This document shows positions 45,796 through 55,410 of a DNA stretch of 64,000 bases, one piece after another (the first letter of the stretch is position 1; each line of letters begins with the position of its first letter). A program made the position numbers and the translations under genes. The stretch is from the sequence record MZ779063.1; one strand, written 5' to 3'. The notes under the pieces are model-generated. The model was not told the origin of the DNA. It was given only the letters and a program-made list of their open reading frames with translations, and made no database searches.

Positions 45796-47829
45796 ATGAC
45801 TACTAAACCAAAATTAAAGAAAAAAGTGTATTACGATTATAAAACTAATAATGTTAGTTTTTTAAGAGTAGCTAGAGATCTTAAGAAGAACAACGTTAGA
45901 AATTATGGTATTCCATTAACTTTATATGATAAAAATCTTGTGGGAGTAGATCCTTGGGATCCTGAACTTTCTGATGAAATGAAAACTCGTGTGTTAAGAG
46001 AAGCTAAAATTAATATATGGTTTTATCTAAGGGAAGTTATAAGAGTTCCTGTTCCTGGTGGTAAGGTTATGTATGAACTTCATAGAGGTAATATGGCTAT
46101 GACTTTTTGTATGCTACATAACCTCGATACAGCTATAATGCTTCCACGTCAGCACTATAAAACATATTCAGCTGTATGTTATTATTCATGGATAATGTTA
46201 TTAGTAGGTAGTAACTATACAATGCTATTTACACATAAATCATATTCAGATACAACGGAAAACTTAAAACGTCTTAAAAACTTATTTAAAGAGAAGTGTT
46301 TACCTGAATATGTATTAGCTAACTTTGGTGATAAAAATGATAGAGATAAGATTAATGAGTTTCAATTAGCTAGTAATAATAATACCATTAAAACAGTTTC
46401 ACCACCAACCAATGCTGAATCTGCAAACAAGGCAGGAAGAGGTAGTACCGTTCCAATGGTTTGGCTAGATGAGTGGGCTTTCATTCCACATAATCAAACA
46501 ATGTTTGAAGCAATGAGACCAGCAGTCTCTACAGCATCAGCTATAGCTAAAAAGAACGGTACACCTTATGGTCTTCTTATCACCACAACACCGAGTACTT
46601 TAGATGTACCTCAAGGACAGTTTTTCTTTGAACAAATGAATGATGCGGCTCAATGGACAGAAAAAATATATGATTATTACATTAATTCTGAAGAAGAAGG
46701 TAACGAAAAATTAGAAGAATATATGGAAAGTAATTCAGGTAATTCATTCATCTATATAGAATATTCATATAAAGAATTAGGTAAAGATGACACTTGGTTA
46801 GAAAAGCAAAAACGTCAAATTGGTTCTTTAGAAGCAGTTAAACGTGAAATACTTCTTGAATGGGCATTTAGTAACGATGATTCATTATTTGATGAAGAAC
46901 AAATGTCAGAATTATCATTATATGCAAATAAAGAGATATATAATACTATTGATTTTAAAATAAATGGTAAAACTTATTATGTTCATATGATTAAAAAGAT
47001 GGAAAATATGCATGAAAAGAACTGGCTTGTTGGTATTGACATATCTGGCGGTCTTGGTCGAGATAATACTGCATTTACTGTAGTTGATCCGGGTACATTA
47101 GAACCAGTAATGGTCTTCCAAAATAATATAATTAATGGTCCTACTTTCAGAAAATTAATTAAAGAACTTATTACACTTTATATACCTAATGCAGTATTAA
47201 TACCTGAACGTAACTATGCTGGTACAGTAATGATAGAAGATATGATTCAAACTGATAATATTGGAGATAATATTTTTTATTCATTAAAGAATAGAACAGC
47301 AGAAAAACAAGTTGAAGTTAATAAACAAGTATTTAATGAAATGCCTAGACATAGCACTAATAAAGTTACTAAACAAGTAAGAAGATATGGTATCGATACA
47401 ACTAAAAAATCTCGTGACTTAATGCTTAATGAAATTTTATCAATGATAGTTGAAGAAAAGCCTTATCTGGTTAATAATAAACCATTATTCCAACAAATAA
47501 AATCTCTTCAAATGAAAAAAGGTAGAATTGATCATCCTGATGGCGGTCATGATGACTTACTTATGAGTTATTTATTCTGCTTATACGCATACTATTATGA
47601 AAAAGATATTAAGAAATTTGTTAAAGTTAAATACGGTTCAATAGTATCTCCAACTGGAGAAAATGCGGAAGAGATTGAAAAAGAAAGACAAGCTAGAAGA
47701 AAAGATATTGCATCCATAAAACGTATTGGTGGAATTATTGATGGTAATTCTCCTAGCAATCCTCTATTACAGAATAATAATTCCGCTCCAAATCAAAAAT
47801 CAAAAAGAATAATGAATTTATTGGATTGA
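45796..47829 (+). CDS. terL: Terminase large subunit
   Basis: LPRQHYKT Walker A region, GRG...VWLDEWAF Walker B, ITTTP coupling motif, GIDISGG...D and HDDLLMS nuclease motifs. Confidence 0.9.
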   Translation: MTTKPKLKKKVYYDYKTNNVSFLRVARDLKKNNVRNYGIPLTLYDKNLVGVDPWDPELSDEMKTRVLREAKINIWFYLREVIRVPVPGGKVMYELHRGNMAMTFCMLHNLDTAIMLPRQHYKTYSAVCYYSWIMLLVGSNYTMLFTHKSYSDTTENLKRLKNLFKEKCLPEYVLANFGDKNDRDKINEFQLASNNNTIKTVSPPTNAESANKAGRGSTVPMVWLDEWAFIPHNQTMFEAMRPAVSTASAIAKKNGTPYGLLITTTPSTLDVPQGQFFFEQMNDAAQWTEKIYDYYINSEEEGNEKLEEYMESNSGNSFIYIEYSYKELGKDDTWLEKQKRQIGSLEAVKREILLEWAFSNDDSLFDEEQMSELSLYANKEIYNTIDFKINGKTYYVHMIKKMENMHEKNWLVGIDISGGLGRDNTAFTVVDPGTLEPVMVFQNNIINGPTFRKLIKELITLYIPNAVLIPERNYAGTVMIEDMIQTDNIGDNIFYSLKNRTAEKQVEVNKQVFNEMPRHSTNKVTKQVRRYGIDTTKKSRDLMLNEILSMIVEEKPYLVNNKPLFQQIKSLQMKKGRIDHPDGGHDDLLMSYLFCLYAYYYEKDIKKFVKVKYGSIVSPTGENAEEIEKERQARRKDIASIKRIGGIIDGNSPSNPLLQNNNSAPNQKSKRIMNLLD

Positions 47830-47836
47830 TTACAAT

Positions 47837-47870
47837 AAAGGTAATGGCATAATAATTTGTCATTACCTTT
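47837..47870 (+). terminator. Intrinsic terminator
   Basis: AAAGGTAATGGCA/TGTCATTACCTTT. Confidence 0.7.
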
Positions 47871-48007
47871 TTATTATCACAAATTTTTATTATTCCATCT
47901 TAACTAATTTGTATAATAGAATTTCAAGAATAATTTTAAATTAGAATTTTTTCTAAATTTAATAGAATAATATAATATATAATAATAAAACGGATGGTGA
48001 AAATAAA

Positions 48008-48799
48008 TTGGCAAAAACATATTTAATTGACGATAAAGATGATTTAGAAATGGTAAAAGAAGAATATGATGAAGTCATTATGAATATATCTGAAGACATT
48101 ATGATTGATAATATTAAAGAACAAATTGAAGATTCAAATTCAAGACAGTTCTATATTAATCAATATCATAAAGATTTCTTTGAATACTTTGAAATTAGAT
48201 TTAAATTTATTTTAGAAAGATATAAAGAAGATAATGATATCTTAATTAAAACTAAACAAGTTTATCATGATATTCTTAATGAAATTCAAGAATCTATTGA
48301 AAATACTTATCAATTTTCTTTAGAATTTCCAGAAGATATTTTAATTGAAGATAAAGCTCAATACATTAAATCATTGTATAATTTCTTTGTATTAAATAAA
48401 AAAGAAACTTTAAATAATTTATTTATTAACTATATTGAGAAGAATATAATGCAATTAGCTAAAACTTATAAAGATAGTATGGATGAAGATGTTATTAACT
48501 CTCTTTCATATAATAACTTAAAGAAAACTATTGATAATGATTATACACCTTTAGTATATTCTATTCCTGAAATTATTGATGGTATTCATATTTCTGATAA
48601 TGAAGATGTAATAGAGACTATTATCTATGATGAAGAATCTGAATTAAATAACTATCAAATTGATAAAATGTTAGTAGAACAATCTGTAACAGATGTTAGA
48701 TTTGATAATCATTTAATTAATGTATTTAGAGATTCTTTTATAGAGAATAATGTATTACATCGAGAAGTTCAATACTATTTTATAGATAAGTATAAATAA
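48008..48799 (+). CDS. Acidic hypothetical protein
   Basis: 263-aa ORF, TTG start. Confidence 0.8.
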   Translation: MAKTYLIDDKDDLEMVKEEYDEVIMNISEDIMIDNIKEQIEDSNSRQFYINQYHKDFFEYFEIRFKFILERYKEDNDILIKTKQVYHDILNEIQESIENTYQFSLEFPEDILIEDKAQYIKSLYNFFVLNKKETLNNLFINYIEKNIMQLAKTYKDSMDEDVINSLSYNNLKKTIDNDYTPLVYSIPEIIDGIHISDNEDVIETIIYDEESELNNYQIDKMLVEQSVTDVRFDNHLINVFRDSFIENNVLHREVQYYFIDKYK

Positions 48800-48823
48800 T
48801 AACATATAAGGAGAAAAGCTAAA

Positions 48824-49570
48824 ATGACTGAAGATAAGAGCAAAGAATTAGATTTAGAAAAATTAGAACAAGATATAGAACAAGCTAATGATGAATTTGA
48901 AAAAGAAAATGAAAAGATTGAGAAAGAGTTAGAAGAAACAAAAGAGGGAATTAATAAAGAAATAGCTTCTTATTATGGTAAAGATAGTATTAGTCTTAAT
49001 GACACTATTTCAGTAGATGCTAAGGTTAATAGATACCAAGAAAAATTAGACTTTATTAATGGAGATTTAAGTTTTGATAGTGAAGATGATATTCCTGAAA
49101 GACTTAAACCTTTTAAAAATATGGAAATAAAAGATACTAAACAAATTGAAAATATTATTCAACAAATTAAAGACAGTAAAGAGGCTAAACATCTTGTAGA
49201 AAATATTACTATTAGTAAATTACCTGTTAATGATAATAAACTTAAAAAAGTAAATGAAAAATTAAATATGAAAATTTACAGATATAATAAGTTACATGGT
49301 AATGAAAATAATGAATATAATTACATTGATTTAGAAGATATTCATAATACTCTAAAAAATGCTTTAGACAACGATAGTTTCAAAGAATCAAATACATTAT
49401 ACAAATTTATGTGTGCATTAGGTTCATACATGTCGCAAAATTATGAAAAATATCCTTACTATATAAAATCTCTTTCTGAAAATGTTGACTACATTGGAAA
49501 ATTCGGTAATAAATTAGATCAGAACGAAGACTTTATCAAAGTAATAAATAGTATTCTTAAGAAATACTAA
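48824..49570 (+). CDS. Hypothetical protein
   Basis: 248-aa ORF, AAGGAG RBS. Confidence 0.8.
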   Translation: MTEDKSKELDLEKLEQDIEQANDEFEKENEKIEKELEETKEGINKEIASYYGKDSISLNDTISVDAKVNRYQEKLDFINGDLSFDSEDDIPERLKPFKNMEIKDTKQIENIIQQIKDSKEAKHLVENITISKLPVNDNKLKKVNEKLNMKIYRYNKLHGNENNEYNYIDLEDIHNTLKNALDNDSFKESNTLYKFMCALGSYMSQNYEKYPYYIKSLSENVDYIGKFGNKLDQNEDFIKVINSILKKY

Positions 49571-49612
49571 AATATATTATTAAAAATTATAAGAAAGAGG
49601 TTTGATTAAAAG

Positions 49613-49852
49613 ATGGAACAAATTAAATTTTATACTAAGAATAACTGTGCTAAATGTGGTTTCAGTAAAATGTTTTTAAATAATAAAGGTGTTGCTTACA
49701 CTGAAATCAATATTGATGAAGATGAAAGTGCTAAAGAAGAACTTTTATCTAAAGGATACCAATCATTACCTGTAATTGATTTTGGAACAGATGTAATCGT
49801 TGGTAATGATCCTGCTAAATTAAATCAAATTTTATCTACAGTTACTGCTTAA
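49613..49852 (+). CDS. nrdH: NrdH-redoxin (glutaredoxin-like)
   Basis: YTKNNCAKC...GY.SLPVI; TATATTAT motif at 49573-49580 upstream. Confidence 0.85.
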   Translation: MEQIKFYTKNNCAKCGFSKMFLNNKGVAYTEINIDEDESAKEELLSKGYQSLPVIDFGTDVIVGNDPAKLNQILSTVTA

Positions 49853-49876
49853 TTAAATATAAAGGAGATTATAATT

Positions 49877-50077
49877 ATGCAAACTATTTTTAATAGTCCA
49901 GAAGAAGTAGATTTTAAAAAATTAGCTGAGAAAGCTAGAAATAATGATAATGAATTAAATACAAAAGCTGTTCATGAAGGAGAATACAATTACAATTTCA
50001 GTATTGAAGGTTGGAATTACTCATTCAGTTCAGATGGAACTTATTGGAAATGGAATTATCAACAAGTTAATCAATAA
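49877..50077 (+). CDS. Hypothetical protein
   Basis: 66 aa, AAGGAG RBS. Confidence 0.75.
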   Translation: MQTIFNSPEEVDFKKLAEKARNNDNELNTKAVHEGEYNYNFSIEGWNYSFSSDGTYWKWNYQQVNQ

Positions 50078-50095
50078 TAATGATTAATAAAAAAC

Positions 50096-50126
50096 GATCT
50101 ATCACAGAGATAATCTGTGATGGATC
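50096..50126 (+). terminator. Terminator-like hairpin
   Basis: GATCTATCACAGA/TCTGTGATGGATC plus T-tract. Confidence 0.7.
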
Positions 50127-50164
50127 TATTTTTAACGAAAAATTTTATATTTGGAGAGATTTAA

Positions 50165-50569
50165 ATGAAATTACTTTATTTCTCATTAACAGGAAATAGT
50201 AAAAAATTTGCTGAGAAATTAGATAGCTCTATAGTAGGAGAACCTATTGAACTTAATAGAGATAATTGTGATGATATTAAAATGGATGAAGAGTATGTAT
50301 TAGTATGTGGATCTTACAATACTCCTCACGCTATTTACAATCATGTAGAAAAATTCTTTAATAATGGTAATAATTTAGAATTATGTAAAGGTATAATTGG
50401 CTCAGGAAATAGAAACCTAAATTATCAATTCTTAACTACACCTAAAAGATTATGTAGTGATTTTAATTTAGAATTGATTGCAGGAGTAGAATTGTTTGGA
50501 ATTAAAAATGAACATTTAGAAGTAAATAAAAAATTAGAAGAGTTATCTAACTCTAGTATTATAAATTAA
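50165..50569 (+). CDS. nrdI: Flavodoxin-like class Ib RNR assembly protein
   Basis: YFSLTGNSKKF, GIIGSGNRNL...F, VELFG motifs. Confidence 0.9.
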   Translation: MKLLYFSLTGNSKKFAEKLDSSIVGEPIELNRDNCDDIKMDEEYVLVCGSYNTPHAIYNHVEKFFNNGNNLELCKGIIGSGNRNLNYQFLTTPKRLCSDFNLELIAGVELFGIKNEHLEVNKKLEELSNSSIIN

Positions 50570-50595
50570 TATATTGTAAGGAGACTTTTAATAAA

Positions 50596-52797
50596 ATGCC
50601 AAAAGAAATAGACTTAACTTCAGAAAAATTTAAAGATTATTCATATAACGAATTAAACTCAAGAGGTTCACAATTAAAAGATGGTAATTTAGATTTAGAA
50701 TTTGAATTAACATCTGTTAAAAAATATTTCTTAGATTCAGTTAATAAGAATGTAAGATACTTTAAAACATATAAAGAAAAAATTAATTATTTAGTTGATA
50801 ATGATTATATTGATGGAGACATGATCAGTAATTATGATTTTGAATTTATTAAAGGATTAATGAAAGAATTAATGGCTTATAAACATAGATTCACTCGTCT
50901 ATTAGGAGCTAAGAAATTCTATGAACAGTATGCAATGAAAGATGATGCAGGAGAAATTTTATTAGAACTATATGAAGATAGAATTTTATTTGTAGCTTTA
51001 TATTTAGCTGATGGTGATGAAGAATTAGCTAGAAATATTGCTAATGAAATTATTACAGGTACTTTCCAACCTGCTACACCAACATTCCTTAATGCAGGTA
51101 GAGTACGTTCTGGGGAATTAGTAAGTTGTTTCTTATTAACTATGGAAGATTCTTTATCATCTATTTATAGAAATATTTCTAACGTGGCACAATTAAGTAA
51201 ACGTGGTGGAGGAATTGGAGTATCTTTAAGTAATTTACGTGCTGACAATGATCCAATTAAAGGTGTTGAAGGAGCAGCTTCAGGAGTAGTTCCAGTTATG
51301 AAAGTATTTGAAGACACATTATCGTATGTAAATCAATTGGGTCAACGTAATGGTGCAGGTGCACTTTACTTAAACATTTTCCATAAAGATGTAGTAAAAT
51401 TCTTAGATACTAAGAAAGAAAATGCTGATGAGAAAGTAAGATTAAAAACTATTTCATTAGGTTTAACAGTTCCAGATAAATATTATCAATTAGTTAAAGA
51501 AAATAAATCATTATATACATTTAGTCCATATGATATTAAAAAATATTACGATTTAGATTTCGATAGTATTGACTTTAATACTTACTATGATATCTTTGTA
51601 GATGATAAACGTATTAGCAAAGAGAAAATGTATGCTCGTGATTTAGAAACTACTATTAGTAAATTACAACAAGAATCTGGCTATCCTTATATCATTAATA
51701 TTGATACTGCTAATAGAGCTAATCCAATTAGTCATGGTACAATTAAAATGAGTAACCTATGTAGTGAAATTTTACAAGTACAATACCCTTCATTAGTTGA
51801 CGATAATCAACAATATGTTAAAACAGGAACAGACGTTTCATGTAACTTAGCTTCAACTATCGTACCTGGTTTAATGAAATCAGAAGACTTTGGTAAATCA
51901 GTTGGAACTATGTTAAGAAGTTTAAATTCAGTGGCAGAAAAATCTAATATTGAAGCTGTACCTACAGTTAAGAAAGCTAATGATTTATTCCATACGGTTG
52001 GTTTAGGTGCAATGGGATTACACACATATTTAGCTGAAAATCATATTCAATATGGATCAGAAGAATCTAAAGACTTTACTAATATTTATTTCATGTTATT
52101 AAACTATTGGACATTAGTTGAATCAAATAAAATTGCTAAAGAAAAAGATGAATCATTCTACTTATTTGATAAAACTGAATATGCTGATGGTTCTTACTTT
52201 GATAAACGTTATATTGGTAAAAATATTCAACCACGTACTGAAAAAGTTAAAGAATTATTTGAAGATATCTTTATTCCATCTGATAGTGATTGGGAACAAT
52301 TAAGAAATAATATCGTTATGGATGGTTTATACAATCAAAATAGATTAGCTGTAGCACCTAATGGTTCTATTGGTTATGTTAGAGAAGTATCACCTTCAAT
52401 TCACCCTATTGTTGAATTAATTGAAGAACGTGTAGAAGGTAAAACAGGTACTACTTTCTATCCAGCACCAGGTATTACACCAGATAACTTTGATTACTTT
52501 AAGAAAAATGCTTATCAATTAGATATGAGAGATATGATTGATTTATATTCAGAAGCTCAATATCATGTAGATCAAGGTATTTCTATGAATATTTATTTAA
52601 TGAATGAACTTGATCCAGATCTTTATGAATGGAAAAAAGATTCTTTAGATAAAGAAACTACTACTCGTGATATTAGTAGATTACGTAACTATGCTTACAG
52701 TAAAGGTATTAAATCTATGTATTATACTCGTATTTATTCACCAGACCATGATGAAAATTCTCAAGGTATTGTTGAATGTGAATCTTGTTCTATTTAA
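50596..52797 (+). CDS. nrdE: Class Ib ribonucleotide reductase alpha subunit
   Basis: PATPTFLNAG, VSCFL, SNLCSEI, APNGSI, YYTR, C-terminal CESC; no ATP cone. Confidence 0.97.
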   Translation: MPKEIDLTSEKFKDYSYNELNSRGSQLKDGNLDLEFELTSVKKYFLDSVNKNVRYFKTYKEKINYLVDNDYIDGDMISNYDFEFIKGLMKELMAYKHRFTRLLGAKKFYEQYAMKDDAGEILLELYEDRILFVALYLADGDEELARNIANEIITGTFQPATPTFLNAGRVRSGELVSCFLLTMEDSLSSIYRNISNVAQLSKRGGGIGVSLSNLRADNDPIKGVEGAASGVVPVMKVFEDTLSYVNQLGQRNGAGALYLNIFHKDVVKFLDTKKENADEKVRLKTISLGLTVPDKYYQLVKENKSLYTFSPYDIKKYYDLDFDSIDFNTYYDIFVDDKRISKEKMYARDLETTISKLQQESGYPYIINIDTANRANPISHGTIKMSNLCSEILQVQYPSLVDDNQQYVKTGTDVSCNLASTIVPGLMKSEDFGKSVGTMLRSLNSVAEKSNIEAVPTVKKANDLFHTVGLGAMGLHTYLAENHIQYGSEESKDFTNIYFMLLNYWTLVESNKIAKEKDESFYLFDKTEYADGSYFDKRYIGKNIQPRTEKVKELFEDIFIPSDSDWEQLRNNIVMDGLYNQNRLAVAPNGSIGYVREVSPSIHPIVELIEERVEGKTGTTFYPAPGITPDNFDYFKKNAYQLDMRDMIDLYSEAQYHVDQGISMNIYLMNELDPDLYEWKKDSLDKETTTRDISRLRNYAYSKGIKSMYYTRIYSPDHDENSQGIVECESCSI

Positions 52798-53031
52798 TTG
52801 GAGGTATTTAATATGACATTAAAAGAAAAATTTGAAAGTAAATATAGAAATTTAAATAAAGAACCAGAAATTTTAATTGTAGTAATTAAACTACCAAGTG
52901 GAGCTAAGGAAGTAATTTCCAATAGCTCTGACTTGGATAATAAAGTTCATTATTACTTAGAAAATTATGATGATCAATTTAGACATGTTAGAGATAGCAA
53001 TGTACAGATAATTGATTTCGTATTAGTTTAA
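52798..53031 (+). CDS. Small conserved phage protein between nrdE and nrdF
   Basis: VVIKLPSGAKEVI.N...K..YY...YDD pattern; likely start ATG 52813. Confidence 0.75.
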   Translation: MEVFNMTLKEKFESKYRNLNKEPEILIVVIKLPSGAKEVISNSSDLDNKVHYYLENYDDQFRHVRDSNVQIIDFVLV

Positions 53032-53056
53032 AAATAAAGAAAAAGGATGAAGTTAA

Positions 53057-54127
53057 ATGGATAGAGGAGATTTCTTAACAAGTTATACAAAAGATAAAGG
53101 TTATTATACACCTGTAAATTGGAATAGAGTAGATGATTATGTAGATATTATGACATATGACACTTTAGTATCTCAATTTTGGACATCAACACGTATTCCA
53201 GTATCTAATGATATTAAAGCTTGGTCTAATACTGATGATTTAACTAAAGGAGTAGTTAATAAAGTATTTGCTGAATTAACTATTTTAGATACACTTCAAT
53301 CTCGTGAAGGTTCTGATGCTTTAATGCATAGTGCATTAACTACATTAGAAGAAGATGTATTAAGAAATATCGGTTTTATGGAATCAATTCATGCTCGTAG
53401 TTATAGTACTATTTTTACTACATTATGTACTTCAAAAGAAGTAGATGAAAACTTTGAATGGGCAGAAAATAATAAATATGTACAAAAGAAAATTAAATTA
53501 ATAAATGAAGCTTATCAATCTGGAGATATTCTTAAAATTCAAGCAGCTTCAGTATTCTTAGAATCATTCTTATTCTATTCAGGTTTCTATACTCCTTTAA
53601 GATTAAAAGATAGTCTTAAATCAGTTCTTGAAATCATAAAATTAATCTTAAGAGATGAGTCTGTTCATGGTTCATATATTGGATATAAATTCAGTAAGAG
53701 ATTTGAAAAATTAAGTGAAGAAGAAAAAAATGAAACTAAAATGTGGGTAAATAACTTACTATTTGAACTTTATCAAGTTGAATGTGAATTCATTGAAGAA
53801 GTTTATACTGAAATTGGTTGGGCAGAAGATGTTAAATTATTCGCTCAATATAATGCTAATAAAGCTCTATTAAATCTTAAATTAGATCCTATTTTCGAAA
53901 CTACTGAAGAAGATGTAAACCCTATCGTAATGGCAGGATTAAAAACTTCTACAGGAAATCATGACTTCTTCTCTCAAGAAGGTAATGGTTATTTATTAGG
54001 TAAAGCTGAAAATACTAAAGAAGAAGATTATGATTCAATCGATATTAATGAACTTAATAAGAATATCATTGATTCGTATAAAGATAAAGCAGACGATAGA
54101 TTTAGTCATAGTTACTATATAGATTAA
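53057..54127 (+). CDS. nrdF: Class Ib ribonucleotide reductase beta subunit
   Basis: LDTLQ, MESIHARSYS (radical Tyr), FLESFLFYSGF, RDESVH, NHDFFS. Confidence 0.95.
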   Translation: MDRGDFLTSYTKDKGYYTPVNWNRVDDYVDIMTYDTLVSQFWTSTRIPVSNDIKAWSNTDDLTKGVVNKVFAELTILDTLQSREGSDALMHSALTTLEEDVLRNIGFMESIHARSYSTIFTTLCTSKEVDENFEWAENNKYVQKKIKLINEAYQSGDILKIQAASVFLESFLFYSGFYTPLRLKDSLKSVLEIIKLILRDESVHGSYIGYKFSKRFEKLSEEEKNETKMWVNNLLFELYQVECEFIEEVYTEIGWAEDVKLFAQYNANKALLNLKLDPIFETTEEDVNPIVMAGLKTSTGNHDFFSQEGNGYLLGKAENTKEEDYDSIDINELNKNIIDSYKDKADDRFSHSYYID

Positions 54128-54214
54128 TAAAAATTTTATTGAATGATTAACAAATATAGTATAATAAAAATAAAAAAGGTAATTTGTTTTTATTATGATT
54201 AATTTGCATACATT

Positions 54215-54246
54215 TCCCCTAACATTCTTAATTGATTGTTAGGGGA
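54215..54246 (+). terminator. Intrinsic terminator
   Basis: TCCCCTAACA/TGTTAGGGGA plus T6. Confidence 0.75.
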
Positions 54247-54271
54247 TTTTTTACGCCAAATTTTGATCTGT

Positions 54272-54283
54272 AACAAAGATATA
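54272..54283 (+). promoter_or_regulatory. Late promoter AACA-N6-TA
   Basis: AACA AAGATA TA. Confidence 0.6.
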
Positions 54284-54317
54284 TTAATTCAATTAATGGG
54301 AAAGGAGATAAAATGGA

Positions 54318-55064
54318 TTGAAACTTAAAGAACTTAAAAGAGATGGAAATTCTATTATATTCACTGGTGAAATATTAGACATTTACATTCCAAGAGAACA
54401 ATTCAAAAAAGGTTTATCAGAACATCGTGGTGAGTATATTAACACGTATGGAATGTTTCAATTTGAAATAAAAACTGAGAAGCAAGCTGAAGAAGGTAAA
54501 CAAGGTGTTTTAAGAAAAATGAAATATCCTAACCCTATCGATTTTAACTATGTAGAGAATTTTAAGTTTGATGGAAAACTGTCAGATAACATGGATTCAA
54601 TACAATATGAAGTCTTTAGACTAAGAACCGGATGTCAATTTGTAGCTAATGTTAATATAGAACAATCAGCTGAAACTGTTAAGAATTTCTTATTCTTATT
54701 CCATGCAGGTAAATTACCTACTTTTATAGATTATAATGATATTATTAAACTTCATTATGATGTATTGGATAGTAATAAAGTAAACCTTAAATCTAATTCA
54801 TTAACTTATGAATTGATTATTGCTGAATTATGTAGATATAAAGAAAATGTAGAAACGCCTTATAGAATAGCTTTAAATAAAAAACAAAATGTTGGCCCTT
54901 TAGATTATATTAATTACAATCTTAAAAAATTACCTAACCTTAATTCTACATTTGCTTCATTCACATTTGAAGGTATGGATGATACTATTGTGACATCTAT
55001 AGGTAGAACTGCTAAAGGTGGAACAGAAAAACGTTCACCATTAGAAGACGTAATGAAATATTAA
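54318..55064 (+). CDS. Split multisubunit RNA polymerase beta' C-terminal fragment (probably virion RNAP)
   Basis: NSLTYELIIAELCRY resembles RpoC NDKHIEVIVRQMLR; STFASFTFEG...SPLEDVM resembles RpoC region H SAASFQE...GLKENVI. Confidence 0.6.
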   Translation: MKLKELKRDGNSIIFTGEILDIYIPREQFKKGLSEHRGEYINTYGMFQFEIKTEKQAEEGKQGVLRKMKYPNPIDFNYVENFKFDGKLSDNMDSIQYEVFRLRTGCQFVANVNIEQSAETVKNFLFLFHAGKLPTFIDYNDIIKLHYDVLDSNKVNLKSNSLTYELIIAELCRYKENVETPYRIALNKKQNVGPLDYINYNLKKLPNLNSTFASFTFEGMDDTIVTSIGRTAKGGTEKRSPLEDVMKY

Positions 55065-55087
55065 TAAGAAAGGATGAATCTAATAAA

Positions 55088-55282
55088 ATGTTCTGGAAAG
55101 TATCAAAGAATCTCTTAAAGTTATCTAGAAGTATTTTAACATTCATTGAACTTAATTCAAATAAAAAGAAATATCCACCTTATTTAGCTTTTTTAGTATT
55201 CCAGAATAGTATAACAATAGATCAAGTTCCTAATGAATTTAAAGAAGAAGTTCAATATTTATTGGATGAAAGTTTTAAATAA
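55088..55282 (+). CDS. CD1375-like small phage protein
   Basis: LV...ITIDQVPNEFKEEVQYLL pattern. Confidence 0.55.
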   Translation: MFWKVSKNLLKLSRSILTFIELNSNKKKYPPYLAFLVFQNSITIDQVPNEFKEEVQYLLDESFK

Positions 55283-55320
55283 ATTATGATTGGTATCATT
55301 GTATATACTTTTCTAAATTA

Positions 55321-55332
55321 AACATACTATTA
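55321..55332 (+). promoter_or_regulatory. Late promoter AACA-N6-TA
   Basis: AACA TACTAT TA upstream of sheath gene. Confidence 0.65.
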
Positions 55333-55410
55333 TAAAATTTAATTATAATATAAAATCTATTGAAATTAATCACATAGATGTAAATATTCGAAAGGAAGGT
55401 TACAAAACAT

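Noticed and set aside
45796-54127. Introns or inteins in terL, nrdE and nrdF
   Set aside because: Frames are continuous, lengths fit the families, no intein termini or embedded endonuclease seen
55262-55282. CD1375-like protein ends DESFK, like the tag family
   Set aside because: Lacks the upstream E-K-E-Y-K half of the motif; likely coincidence
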